The position numbers and the translations under genes are program-made. The notes under the pieces are model-generated. The model had not been told where the DNA came from and made no database searches. It was given only the letters and a program-made list of their open reading frames with translations. From Candidatus Moraniibacteriota bacterium (lineage in GTDB: Bacteria > Patescibacteriota > Minisyncoccia > Moranbacterales > UBA1568), in assembly GCA_016699425.1 (NCBI GenBank), contig CP064975.1:654098-718097 (forward strand): a stretch of 64,000 nt of DNA, given 5' to 3'. Positions 10,028 to 19,092 of this stretch are shown piece by piece (positions within the stretch are counted from its first letter, which is position 1; each line of letters begins with the position of its first letter).

Positions 10028-10331
10028 CCACTAAAATTCGGGAACCATCTTTTATGGTTTTCGTGGCTTCTTTAGTATTCACAACGCAGGGAATCCCCAT
10101 CTCGCGACTTAAAATGGCTGGATGTGAAGTAATCCCCCCTATATCAGTTACTATAGCCGCCGCCTTCACCATCGCCTGAACCATTGTTGGATCAGTAAGG
10201 GTAGTGACTAATATATCACCCTCACTAAAGTCAGCTGAATCATCCCCCGAAGAAAACAACCTCGCTCTACCCTCCGCTATTCCAGAATTTGCGGCCATCC
10301 CTTTGAGGATAAGTTTCTTATCTTGGTTCAT
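9993..10331 (-). CDS. Stand-alone PEP-utilizing enzyme mobile (swivel phosphohistidine) domain protein, 112 aa
   Basis: '[72 protein letters not shown]' is a complete PEP-utilizers domain with the conserved His in the TSH motif. Confidence 0.55.
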   Translation of the reverse strand: [112 protein letters not shown]

Positions 10332-10352
10332 ATTGATACATATTATTCTTTT

Positions 10353-11252
10353 TTAACCTTCTTTTTCAATTTGTGCCTGCAGTAGATTTTCCAAAACAGA
10401 GTGGTCAATGTCGTATTCCTCTCCCCTAATTCGTATAATTATTTTTGACCCGCCCGTGTCGCCTGTTGTGACCTCGCTCTGCCAATCTCCTAGAGTCGCT
10501 AAACTGCCACCCAACTGTTGAAGCGTAGTTATTCGTTCACCATTCGATTTTCTGACCAGTACTCCGGAAATTAAAAACGGCTCGGTGATGGTTTTGTGGG
10601 TGACATGAAACAAGTCAATTTCTGATTTGGAATATAATTTGCCCGCTAGTCGCTCATGCCGCCGATTGAATAGGCGTGCAAAGCGGGCAGCGGCCTCTAT
10701 GGGAGGATACGATTTTGATAGCTGGCTTTCCGGATTATCAAGCCATTCTCTTATAATCGGCTCCTCAGCTGCTTCCGCAATTCGTTCCTGTTCTCCTGGT
10801 GACAAGGAAGCAAAACCATTTTCAGGCAATCCCATCTCGCTAAGAATTCTTCTCTTTTGCTCCGTAAACTTCTGATCGTAGAGTGATAAAAATTCTTTTG
10901 GGGTATGTGAAGTTAGTTCTTCTCTAACCCGCATTGAACGAATAGGCTTGTCTGGATTTTCCGTTTGGTACCCTTCTAAAATTTTTTCTAATGTCTGTGC
11001 CGTTCGCCCGGATGAACTTGCGTATCCCTTTACCCCGTGCTCATAACTAACAACTGCTTCGCCATACTGTTTGGATTTCTCCGCGCCGTCCTCAGATATG
11101 AGATCCGACGTTATAGACGTCATTTCTGCGTTAATAATCTCACCGCTCGTTTTTTGAGCATGTCGAACCCAGAAATTCCTTATTACTATACCCGTTCCAA
11201 ACTTCTTTGGTCCCCGCTGTTCTACACTAGCTGTTCTTGGCTCTTGTTCCAT
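10353..11252 (-). CDS. Hypothetical protein, possibly histidine-phosphatase (PGAM-like) superfamily
   Basis: 'FWVRHAQKTSGEI...ISEDGAEKSKQYGEAV' resembles the RHG...(T/S)xxGxxQA motif of branch-1 histidine phosphatases, and a possible second His lies in 'IDLFHVTHKTI'. The assignment is weak. Confidence 0.3.
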   Translation of the reverse strand: MEQEPRTASVEQRGPKKFGTGIVIRNFWVRHAQKTSGEIINAEMTSITSDLISEDGAEKSKQYGEAVVSYEHGVKGYASSSGRTAQTLEKILEGYQTENPDKPIRSMRVREELTSHTPKEFLSLYDQKFTEQKRRILSEMGLPENGFASLSPGEQERIAEAAEEPIIREWLDNPESQLSKSYPPIEAAARFARLFNRRHERLAGKLYSKSEIDLFHVTHKTITEPFLISGVLVRKSNGERITTLQQLGGSLATLGDWQSEVTTGDTGGSKIIIRIRGEEYDIDHSVLENLLQAQIEKEG

Positions 11253-11255
11253 ACA

Positions 11256-12017
11256 TTAGCCCTTTATCAGCGTGCCGACGAATTTCTTGCCAGCGATATA
11301 GCGCGTGACATTGTCGAGATCGCCGCCGTGCAGGATCGCCACCTCCATGCCCTCCGCTTCGGCCATGGCCGAGGCGATCGGGTCGAACGGGACATTCATG
11401 CCCGGATTCCATTTCGAGCCGACGATCTTCCGAAATGCTTTCCAGTCCAGGTTGTCGTAGGACTCGGCATCACTATGACGATGAGGATCCTTGTCATACA
11501 CCCGCTCGATATTCGACAGGTTGATGATACGCTTGATGCCTAGGTACTTGCCCAGCACCACAGCTGCATAGTCGGTCGAACGCCCGGGCCGCCACCCGGC
11601 TGCCACCAGAATCGGCTCCGGCGCTGAGTAGAAATCCTCCAGATCGTGCGGATTGGTATTGATGCGAGGATGCGCGTATTCCCGGAAGATAGTCCGGACG
11701 AGGTGGGCATTCATCCGCGTCGCATGGATGCCGAGCCAGTCCTTGTCTTCGTCATTGATTTTCGTCACGGTCGCAGCGGACTCAATATAATTCCGCGCCG
11801 TTTTCCCGCCACCTGTCACGAGGATGAAATGGTAGCCCTTCTTGATATGGCCGATGACGAACTTTTTGAAATGGGCGACGAAAACATCATCAATCGATTC
11901 GGGGACGAGGAGCGAACCGCCGAGCGAGATGATGATCCGTTCGGGTTCCTTCTTCGATACTCCCGGCTTACTCGGTTTTGCTTTCTGCTTTGCTTGCTGC
12001 TTTGCTTTCTTGGGCAT
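11256..12017 (-). CDS. pyrH: UMP kinase (amino-acid kinase family, archaeal/CPR type)
   Basis: 'IIISLGGSLL...ILVTGGGKTARNYI...HATRMNAHLV...AAGWRPGRSTDYAAVVLG...INLSNIERVYDKDP...AILHGGDL' match UMPK motifs (GGG, TD..AAL, V(D)GVY..DP). The start is taken at the ATG (MPKKAKQQ...) and overlaps the proS 3' end by ~50 nt. Confidence 0.6.
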   Translation of the reverse strand: MPKKAKQQAKQKAKPSKPGVSKKEPERIIISLGGSLLVPESIDDVFVAHFKKFVIGHIKKGYHFILVTGGGKTARNYIESAATVTKINDEDKDWLGIHATRMNAHLVRTIFREYAHPRINTNPHDLEDFYSAPEPILVAAGWRPGRSTDYAAVVLGKYLGIKRIINLSNIERVYDKDPHRHSDAESYDNLDWKAFRKIVGSKWNPGMNVPFDPIASAMAEAEGMEVAILHGGDLDNVTRYIAGKKFVGTLIKG

Positions 12018-13254
12018 AGCGTTCGTGGATATACGCGCTGAGCTGATTACAGGGCACGGATTCGATAGTCTCACCTGATCGCGCCCGCACCTCGGCGGTC
12101 CCGGACTCGAGCGAGCGCTTGCCGATGACCACACAGTATGGGATGCCGAGAAGGTCCGCATCGGCGAACTTTTCCCCCGCACGCATATCCCGATCATCAT
12201 AGAGCACACTGATCCTGTCCCGCGTCAGCGCGGTATACATCTCGGCGGCCTGTTCATCCGCCCCGAGTGAGAGGAGATGGACCTGGAACGGCGCGACACC
12301 CATCGGCCAGACGAGGCCCTTCGCATCGGCAAACTTCTCGACGATGACGCCCATGACCCGCGTGATACCGATACCGTACGAGGCGAGATAGATCGGCTGC
12401 GGTTTCCCTTCGGCGTCCTTGTACGTGATACGCATCTGGTCACTCTTTTCCGCACCGAACTTGAAAATATTGCCCGTCTCGGCGCTCGTCACTGGCGACA
12501 GGGTCTTTTTGTCGATACCGATCTCTTGGCTGGCATCCTCGAGCACTTCCTCGTTGACGGCGATCGTCCGGTCAGCATTCACATACAGCGTATCCTCGCC
12601 CGCCTCGCAAATGGTCTGAAATTCGTGGCTGAATTTTGTGAAAGCACCGCCGCTCGCAAAGGTCACATAGGTCTCGTCGCCGATACCGAGCCGCTGATAG
12701 ACTCGCTTGTAGGCTGCGATGACTTTCTCATAGTACTGGTCCATGTCTGCCTCAGTCGCATGGAGCGAGTACATGTCTTTCATCACGAACTCCCGGCCAC
12801 GCATGATGCCGCTCTTGGCCCGCAGCTCATTCCGCAGCTTGGTTTGAAACTGGTAGACACTGACCGGTAAGTCCCGGTAGCTTTGCACAAAGTGCTGCAT
12901 CATCTCCATGATGGCCTCTTCATGACTCCACGCCAGCCCCAGCTCGGTCCCATCCTGAAGCTTGGTCTTGAACCACACGTCCACAGCCTCCTCGCTCCAC
13001 CGGCCCGTCACCTCCCAGGTATCCTTCCGCTGCAGGTTCGTCATGATCAGCTCCTGGCCGCCGATCGCGTTCATCTCTTCGCGCACGATGCTCTTGATGT
13101 TCTCCAGCACCCGGAGGCCAAGCGGCGTATACGCATACACGCCGGCCATGACTTTGTAGACATATCCCGCCCGGATGAGGAGCGACGCGTTCCGGCTTAC
13201 TTCATCCGATGGCGCAGTTTTAGAGGTTTTGGTGAAGAGAGCGGATTGGCGCAT
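11968..13254 (-). CDS. proS: Prolyl-tRNA synthetase (short form, no editing insertion domain)
   Basis: 'MRQSALFTKTSKTAPSDEVSRNASLLIRAGYV...' matches the ProRS N-terminal signature (FTKT....E..S.N..LL.RAG). Class II motifs and a C-terminal anticodon-binding region are present. The start is at the ATG at 13254. Confidence 0.8.
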   Translation of the reverse strand: MRQSALFTKTSKTAPSDEVSRNASLLIRAGYVYKVMAGVYAYTPLGLRVLENIKSIVREEMNAIGGQELIMTNLQRKDTWEVTGRWSEEAVDVWFKTKLQDGTELGLAWSHEEAIMEMMQHFVQSYRDLPVSVYQFQTKLRNELRAKSGIMRGREFVMKDMYSLHATEADMDQYYEKVIAAYKRVYQRLGIGDETYVTFASGGAFTKFSHEFQTICEAGEDTLYVNADRTIAVNEEVLEDASQEIGIDKKTLSPVTSAETGNIFKFGAEKSDQMRITYKDAEGKPQPIYLASYGIGITRVMGVIVEKFADAKGLVWPMGVAPFQVHLLSLGADEQAAEMYTALTRDRISVLYDDRDMRAGEKFADADLLGIPYCVVIGKRSLESGTAEVRARSGETIESVPCNQLSAYIHERYAQESKAASKAESKTE

Positions 13255-13354
13255 AATCGAGGATTTATTTCTTTCATTGTACGGAATCACCCCCTCCATG
13301 TCAAAGAAAAAAGGCCTTTTCAAGCCTCAAATAAAAGTCTCCCCCATACGGAAG

Positions 13355-14530
13355 TCAGCGTGCCAGATAAAGTGTCAACTCGCTCTCACCCCGCAGGACG
13401 GACAATGTAGCCTCTCCTCCCGAAGCGGCTTCGTAGAGTGCCACTGAGAATGGTCGATCGATACTAATTGCCTGTCCATTCACCGCTGTCACAATATCAC
13501 CATACCGCAGCCCCGCCCGCTCCGCTGCAGAACCCGAGATGACCGCCAAGCTGGACCGCTCCGATGGTGTATAGATGAGCGCTCCCGCATCTCGCGAGAC
13601 ACCCAGCGCCAGCGCAGTCACCTTGGTCAGCGACACATAGTATGCTCCGATATTCGCCCGCGCCCCGGATGCTGTCCCGCCGATCACACGCTGCAGCGAT
13701 TGACGGAGCGCATTCGCCGGGAGGATAAATACTCGCTCGGTGCCATCCAAAGAGAGCGCCCCGATGAGTCCAATCAGCTCGCCGTCCAGCGCAACCGCTG
13801 CACCCCCGATGAATCGCGTATCGATCAACCGATCCGGGAGGAACACCCCTTCCCATTCATCTGTCGCAGCGACTGTCTTGGCGGAGAGATTGAACGTCCG
13901 CGCTCGTTCGCCGATATAACCGGTCGCGAGCCGCCCCTCATCCGGGTCAGTCGTCCCTGCCAGCGCCATGAATCGGCGGCCCTGGCGAATGTCTGTAGAA
14001 TTGGCAAAAGCAATCGCGGGCGTATCGGACCGTTCGGTTCGGAAATACGCGACATGCACCACCGGATCATACGCGACGAACTCTGCCGGCGAACTCTCTC
14101 CATCCGAGAAGAAGACCGTGAACCGCCTCGCCTCCGAAAGCGGCGCCTCATCCATATACGCCGCGACGAATCCGTCGTTGGTGACCAAGAGGCCGGACAC
14201 TTCCTGCACCGTGCCACTCGGCAAAGTCCGCGCCGTCCGTTCAGTAGCAAGAGAAACGATGCTCACGACCGCTGTCCGTGGGGCTGCGGCAAAGCGCTCG
14301 AGCCCTTCCTCCTGCGACAGGACCACTTGCTCGGTCCGCTCGATCACGGTCGGGCCATTGGTCACCGACCCCGGCCAGGCGATATGCGAAGTCAGAGGCC
14401 ATGCGCTGAGGCGCGGCAGGAGCGCGGCATAGGCCACTGCGCCGATAACGCCCGAGGTCAGCACGAAGAGGGCGGACCAACCGGCAAGGCGAAGAGTTTT
14501 CTTGAAAATCGAGAGAAATTTCATAGTCAA
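13355..14530 (-). CDS. HtrA/DegP-like trypsin-fold protein with PDZ domain, predicted catalytically inactive (His and Ser of the triad replaced)
   Basis: The trypsin-like fold plus PDZ ('AGLRYGDIVTAVNGQAI') is clear. The catalytic 'TNxHVV' is 'LVTNDGFVAA' and 'GNSGGPL' is 'FIGGAAVAL'. An N-terminal TM/signal segment is present. Confidence 0.55.
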   Translation of the reverse strand: MTMKFLSIFKKTLRLAGWSALFVLTSGVIGAVAYAALLPRLSAWPLTSHIAWPGSVTNGPTVIERTEQVVLSQEEGLERFAAAPRTAVVSIVSLATERTARTLPSGTVQEVSGLLVTNDGFVAAYMDEAPLSEARRFTVFFSDGESSPAEFVAYDPVVHVAYFRTERSDTPAIAFANSTDIRQGRRFMALAGTTDPDEGRLATGYIGERARTFNLSAKTVAATDEWEGVFLPDRLIDTRFIGGAAVALDGELIGLIGALSLDGTERVFILPANALRQSLQRVIGGTASGARANIGAYYVSLTKVTALALGVSRDAGALIYTPSERSSLAVISGSAAERAGLRYGDIVTAVNGQAISIDRPFSVALYEAASGGEATLSVLRGESELTLYLAR

Positions 14531-14576
14531 TCTAGACGGTTTGTATCACATTTTCCTCTCCCCAGCAACCCAGGCA

Positions 14577-15332
14577 TCAGGCCCGCATCCGCCAGGGCGA
14601 GGTAGCAAGCAGGAGGGTGAGGAGGAGGGCGAGGAGGAGGCCTTCGATGAGGGACTTCTTCCAAGTGAAACTCTCTCGCAAGAGGTCAAGGACACATCGC
14701 CAGAGAAGGTAGAAGAAAAGGAGCATCGCCGAACCGACCGTGAGATACCCCACCGGCCAGAAGTGCACCGCCCAGATCAGTTCCCCCATGATGGTCCCGA
14801 GGGCCAGCGCGGTCAAAAGGATCTCGCGGACATCGTCCCGCCCCGCCCAGTACAGCGTCTGGAAAGCGACGATCGAGGTCACGAGGAAAAAGACAAACAT
14901 GAGGAGTGCCAACGGCACGTCGTAGTTGAGGTACAAACCGTACGCCGCCGCATAGGTGAAGAACAGACTCGCGAGCGCCGCCATATTGAGGAGCGCCCGG
15001 GCGGTCTCGTCACTTGGGATGATCTTCAGCCGATAAATGCCGAGGAGCGTCCCATAAAACAGGGCCGTCGCCGCCCAAACGAACACCTGCTGCTCGAGCG
15101 CAACATCGATGAGTGAAAGGAGGAGGAGCGTACTGAATGACACAACGCCCGGCAAGAAGGCTGGATACCACTTACCGGTGAGCCGCCGCGATGCGATGAG
15201 CGAGAGCAGTATGAACACGAGGAGGGAGAGGCTATACCACGGCCAAGACGGAACGATCGGCTCCCGGATGAGATACGTGAGCATGCCGAAAAAAACGACT
15301 GAGAACCAAAATACGGTGAAGTGAAAAATCAT
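14577..15332 (-). CDS. Integral membrane protein, multi-TM, unknown function
   Basis: Hydrophobic segments throughout a 251-aa ORF. No recognisable motif. Confidence 0.35.
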   Translation of the reverse strand: MIFHFTVFWFSVVFFGMLTYLIREPIVPSWPWYSLSLLVFILLSLIASRRLTGKWYPAFLPGVVSFSTLLLLSLIDVALEQQVFVWAATALFYGTLLGIYRLKIIPSDETARALLNMAALASLFFTYAAAYGLYLNYDVPLALLMFVFFLVTSIVAFQTLYWAGRDDVREILLTALALGTIMGELIWAVHFWPVGYLTVGSAMLLFFYLLWRCVLDLLRESFTWKKSLIEGLLLALLLTLLLATSPWRMRA

Positions 15333-15506
15333 GAGAAAAAATATAGAGCGGGGGGGTTATGAAGTCTCCGTCTCCGCGCCTGGCTCTAGCTTACTCTCAG
15401 CCGATAGCCGTGCCAAGGGCGCCCCCTCCCCGTCCTACTCTGAAGAGGCGCGGCAGCCAAACAAGAGAAGACGGACCGTGCGCAGGGCATCGGTCCGCCG
15501 AGGAAA

Positions 15507-15935
15507 TCACCACTTCGCATAGCGCCGCTTTCTGGGAACAAGGGAGCCGTTCAGACTTCTCTCCGGGTTCTCGAAGATGTATCGGAACGTCTCACGACAG
15601 AAAACTCTCCCGCCGGACAGATACGAGACATCGACGAGGAAGTTACCCGGCCGATCCACGTTGATCTCCCGCAAAGCTACCCGGCCGACTTCGATCTGGA
15701 CTGCCGATCCATCCGATCCCAATGCATCGCGATACTGCTTAGCAATTAGCTTCCGGGCTTTCTCTCGGAATACCCGCTTGAACCTCGTGAGTGAAAATAC
15801 TCCTCTTCCTCTTTCAAGCCTCATCGAGAAAACTTCTTCCCAAGTGAACGCTATTTTCGACGCTTTCATGAGACACTCCCCATTCCAGTTGTAAGAACTA
15901 CCCGCACTGTAGAGCCTCTGACAAGTGGGTGTCAA
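15507..15935 (-). CDS. Hypothetical protein
   Basis: ORF of 142 aa, or shorter from the internal Met 'MKASKIAF'. No domain recognised. Confidence 0.2.
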   Translation of the reverse strand: MTPTCQRLYSAGSSYNWNGECLMKASKIAFTWEEVFSMRLERGRGVFSLTRFKRVFREKARKLIAKQYRDALGSDGSAVQIEVGRVALREINVDRPGNFLVDVSYLSGGRVFCRETFRYIFENPERSLNGSLVPRKRRYAKW

Positions 15936-16019
15936 GACAAGGCCAAGACAAAATAGGGGTTTCCCGAATTCAAACCCCGAAGCCTCTTTTTCTCAGTTCT
16001 CTCTTCTGGATTCGAGCTG

Positions 16020-17327
16020 CTAATTCTTCCGCTCTTCGAGCCGGACGGACAGCTCTTGTTCCTCGCCCTTGTGGAGGATCTTCAACTTCACGGTGTCGCC
16101 GACCTGATGGACGCCGATCAGGTTTGCCAGCGGATGATCGACATCGACACGCTGACCATCGATCTCGAGGATAATATCATTCTCCACCAGTCCAGCCTTG
16201 TCCGCGGGCGAACCCGGGACGATCGCGAGATCGGTGATATTTTGTCCGCGCTGGATGAGCGCACCGTACTCCACCGAGAGACCAGCCGCCTTGGCGACTT
16301 CCTCATCGAGCAGGATATAGCGCACGCCGAGGTACGGGACGGCGATCTTCCCCGTCCGCTTCACTTCATCCACTGCTCGCTTGATCTGGTTCACGGGGAT
16401 AGCGAAACCGATATTCTCTGCGCCCTGGGCGACCGCGACATTGATGCCGATGACCTCACCCGCGAGATTGAGGAGCGGACCACCGGAATTCCCCGGATTG
16501 ATAGCCGCATCAGTCTGGATGATATCGCGGAGGACTTCCTCGTCCCGCCCAACTCCCGAGCCCGCCACCACGCGCCGCTTCAGGCCAGAGATGATGCCCC
16601 GCGAGACGGAATTCGCGAATTCACCGAGCGGGTTTCCGATCGCGATCGCCGTCTGTCCGACACGGATCGTATCCGAATCACCGAGTGAGAGCGCCGGAAA
16701 CGCATCGCCATTCACCTTGATCACCGCGATATCATTCACCGGGTCGAGCGCGAGGACGGTCGCCGGGTATTCCTTCTTATCGCTCGTGATGACCGTGTAT
16801 TCCGCCTTGGTATCAGCGACCACGTGTTTATTCGTGACGATATAGCCATCAGAACTCACGAGGAAGCCCGAGCCACTCCCGATCGTCTGCTTGGTGGATT
16901 CCTCGTCCTCGTCATCGGTGGATGGTCTAGAGGGAGTACCGAAAAATGGCGATCCAAACGGTGAACGGTAGAAATTCCGCACCTTTGGCACGTCCTTGGT
17001 AATGACGATGCTGACGACAGCGGGTGATCCACGCTCCACGACGCTGACGATCGCCTGGTCCTCGAGCGGCACCGAGGCGAGGGAGGGAGACTGACTCCCC
17101 TTCTCTGTCAGGGCCTTGGGACGGAAGAGCGCCGCGAGATCGGCAACGGAATCGAACCGCGTGACGAGGCCACCAATGAGGCCAAAAACAAACGAGAGTA
17201 TCAGGATGCACAGCCACGGTGTGCGCGGGACTCGCACTGGCGACACACTGCGTTCCAGAGAAATTCGTGGTGCCGACTCTCGAGTCGGGTTCCCAGAGAC
17301 GGAGAAATCGGGCTGTTCATCAGACAT
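16020..17327 (-). CDS. htrA: Serine protease HtrA/DegP (S1C) with C-terminal PDZ domain
   Basis: 'GSGFLVSSDGYIVTNKHVV' carries the catalytic His and 'GNSGGPLLNLAGEVIGINVA' the catalytic Ser. The PDZ domain reads 'GSPADKAGLVENDIILEIDGQRV'. An N-terminal TM anchor is present. Confidence 0.8.
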   Translation of the reverse strand: MSDEQPDFSVSGNPTRESAPRISLERSVSPVRVPRTPWLCILILSFVFGLIGGLVTRFDSVADLAALFRPKALTEKGSQSPSLASVPLEDQAIVSVVERGSPAVVSIVITKDVPKVRNFYRSPFGSPFFGTPSRPSTDDEDEESTKQTIGSGSGFLVSSDGYIVTNKHVVADTKAEYTVITSDKKEYPATVLALDPVNDIAVIKVNGDAFPALSLGDSDTIRVGQTAIAIGNPLGEFANSVSRGIISGLKRRVVAGSGVGRDEEVLRDIIQTDAAINPGNSGGPLLNLAGEVIGINVAVAQGAENIGFAIPVNQIKRAVDEVKRTGKIAVPYLGVRYILLDEEVAKAAGLSVEYGALIQRGQNITDLAIVPGSPADKAGLVENDIILEIDGQRVDVDHPLANLIGVHQVGDTVKLKILHKGEEQELSVRLEERKN

Positions 17328-17345
17328 ATGATTGGTGATGAAAGA

Positions 17346-18401
17346 TTAGAAAACGAGGGAGGGGTCGCTCTCGGCGTTCTCGCGTAGCTTCACTTCGAAA
17401 GCGCGCATCTCGGCCGATCGGAATTCGATCCGGGCCGCATCGCGTTGCCATTCGTATTCATCCGAGATGACACTCACCGGCAGCCCGCGCAACTCCTCAG
17501 CGAGCCAATCCGAAAAACCGAGCTTCCGCGTGAAAATCTGCCGGATATGATACCGGCGCGTCCCGTCTTCCAATTTCGAATCTTCCACCAAGACGATATG
17601 AAAGCCGAGCGGACTCTCGATGATGCTCGTCGGCACATTGAGTTTCGCATTGTCTACTGGGCTCCGCAGCTCCGGGGCGAGATCCTCGAGTCGGAACCAG
17701 CCGAGATCGCCACCATCGGCACGTGTCTCTCCCTGCGAGAAACTGCGCGCGACATCGGCAAACGGCTTCTTCGCCTTGAGGGCCTTCTCTGCTTCCGTGA
17801 TCTTGTCCTTGGCGACTGTCTGGTCGACTTCGGACTGGTACGCTGTATGCAGCGCTGCCTCATACATCGCCGGCCGGACGATCTGCACCTGGAAATCAGC
17901 GATGGACCAGCCATACAGTCGGGCGAGGGTCTCTTCGACTTTGTCCGTCGTGCCCAGTTCTTCCATCTTCACCGTCGTTTCGGCCTCCACCTGATCGCTC
18001 GTTACCGTAATCTGGCGCTTTTGGGCGAGGAGTTCGATCGCCTTGTCTTCGAGCATCTTGTTGATCAGGTCCTTCTCGCGAACCTTCAACCGCTTCTTTC
18101 CATCATCTGTCGTAAAGTCAACCCGCATACCGAGATTAGCAAAGTCCTGCGATTCATAGAAATTCCGCAGGGCCTGGCGATTGGCAGCCAACCCCTCGGT
18201 CGTCACCGCTACTCCCTGGCCGATGAATACGAGCGGGAACGGCAGGCGCGTCGCGAACAGCCGACCGAACGTGCTTTCCGGCTTCTTGTAGACCAAGACG
18301 AGCACGCCGATCGCGAGGACGACCGCCAGGACAAATACCGCCAGGACAACTCTCGGCCACTGGGACTTGAACGGTTTGATGGGAAGCTCGACTTCAGCCA
18401 T
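17346..18401 (-). CDS. Parvulin-type peptidyl-prolyl cis-trans isomerase (SurA/PrsA-like), membrane anchored
   Basis: 'ETRADGGDLGWFRLEDLAPELRSPVDNAKLNVPTSIIESPLGFHIVLVED' is the PpiC/rotamase domain. An N-terminal TM helix is present. Confidence 0.7.
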   Translation of the reverse strand: MAEVELPIKPFKSQWPRVVLAVFVLAVVLAIGVLVLVYKKPESTFGRLFATRLPFPLVFIGQGVAVTTEGLAANRQALRNFYESQDFANLGMRVDFTTDDGKKRLKVREKDLINKMLEDKAIELLAQKRQITVTSDQVEAETTVKMEELGTTDKVEETLARLYGWSIADFQVQIVRPAMYEAALHTAYQSEVDQTVAKDKITEAEKALKAKKPFADVARSFSQGETRADGGDLGWFRLEDLAPELRSPVDNAKLNVPTSIIESPLGFHIVLVEDSKLEDGTRRYHIRQIFTRKLGFSDWLAEELRGLPVSVISDEYEWQRDAARIEFRSAEMRAFEVKLRENAESDPSLVF

Positions 18402-18422
18402 AGGGATAGAATTGGTCTTTGT

Positions 18423-18818
18423 TTATCGCGGTTCAGGATTGAAAAAACGGTTCCACCACTTCTGATAATTCGGCCCCTGCCACGCGACCCGCTCGCTCGC
18501 CGCTGGCTCCTGGGGCACTGATTCCGGGACGAGTCGCACATCGCCATCGATCGCGATCACCTGTTCCTCTTGCCGCCGGAGCCCGAGCTTCTCCTTCGCT
18601 TCTTCCTCCTTGAAGTCCGGTGAGGCGAAGTACTGGATTTTCTGCGACAGCGTCTCATTTTCCCGGGCGACCCGTTCCGCTTCGTGTTTCAGAACATCGA
18701 TTTCCTGCTGGATCCGGACGCTCCGCTCATATTGCTGGAAACTCTCCCAGCCGGCCCAGACCGCGATACCGAGCATGAGGACGAATCCCAACCTGGCCCA
18801 GGGCGAGCGCCAGCTCAT
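18423..18818 (-). CDS. ftsB: Septum formation initiator family protein (FtsB/DivIC-like)
   Basis: A short bitopic protein with an N-terminal TM then a coiled coil: 'ERSVRIQQEIDVLKHEAERVARENETLSQKIQYFASPDFKEEEAKEKLGL'. Confidence 0.5.
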   Translation of the reverse strand: MSWRSPWARLGFVLMLGIAVWAGWESFQQYERSVRIQQEIDVLKHEAERVARENETLSQKIQYFASPDFKEEEAKEKLGLRRQEEQVIAIDGDVRLVPESVPQEPAASERVAWQGPNYQKWWNRFFNPEPR

Positions 18819-19092
18819 AGGCTAGTAGAGGAAAAAAGGAGCGACGAGAAACAGCACCATAAACAAAGCGACGAGGGCCGAAATGATGACCCAGGAGAAA
18901 TAAATCTTCTTGTGCCGCGCTTTGAAACTCATAGGTGATTCCGTATGCCAGTATATCATAGGGACTCCCTCTGATTCAACGCACCCCTGCCCTTCCGGCC
19001 AGCCGATTGACAGCCCCTCCCAGACTGATACAATGCCGCCAATCCTCAATTGAGAGGTACTCCTCTTTAATAACCAAATACCGGGAAAGGAA

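Noticed and set aside
11968-12209. Track start of the UMP-kinase ORF at 12209, a 240-bp overlap with proS
   Set aside because: The N-terminal 64 residues (MCSMMIGICVRGKSS...) look non-native. The conserved kinase fold begins right after the internal Met at 12017, so I used that start.
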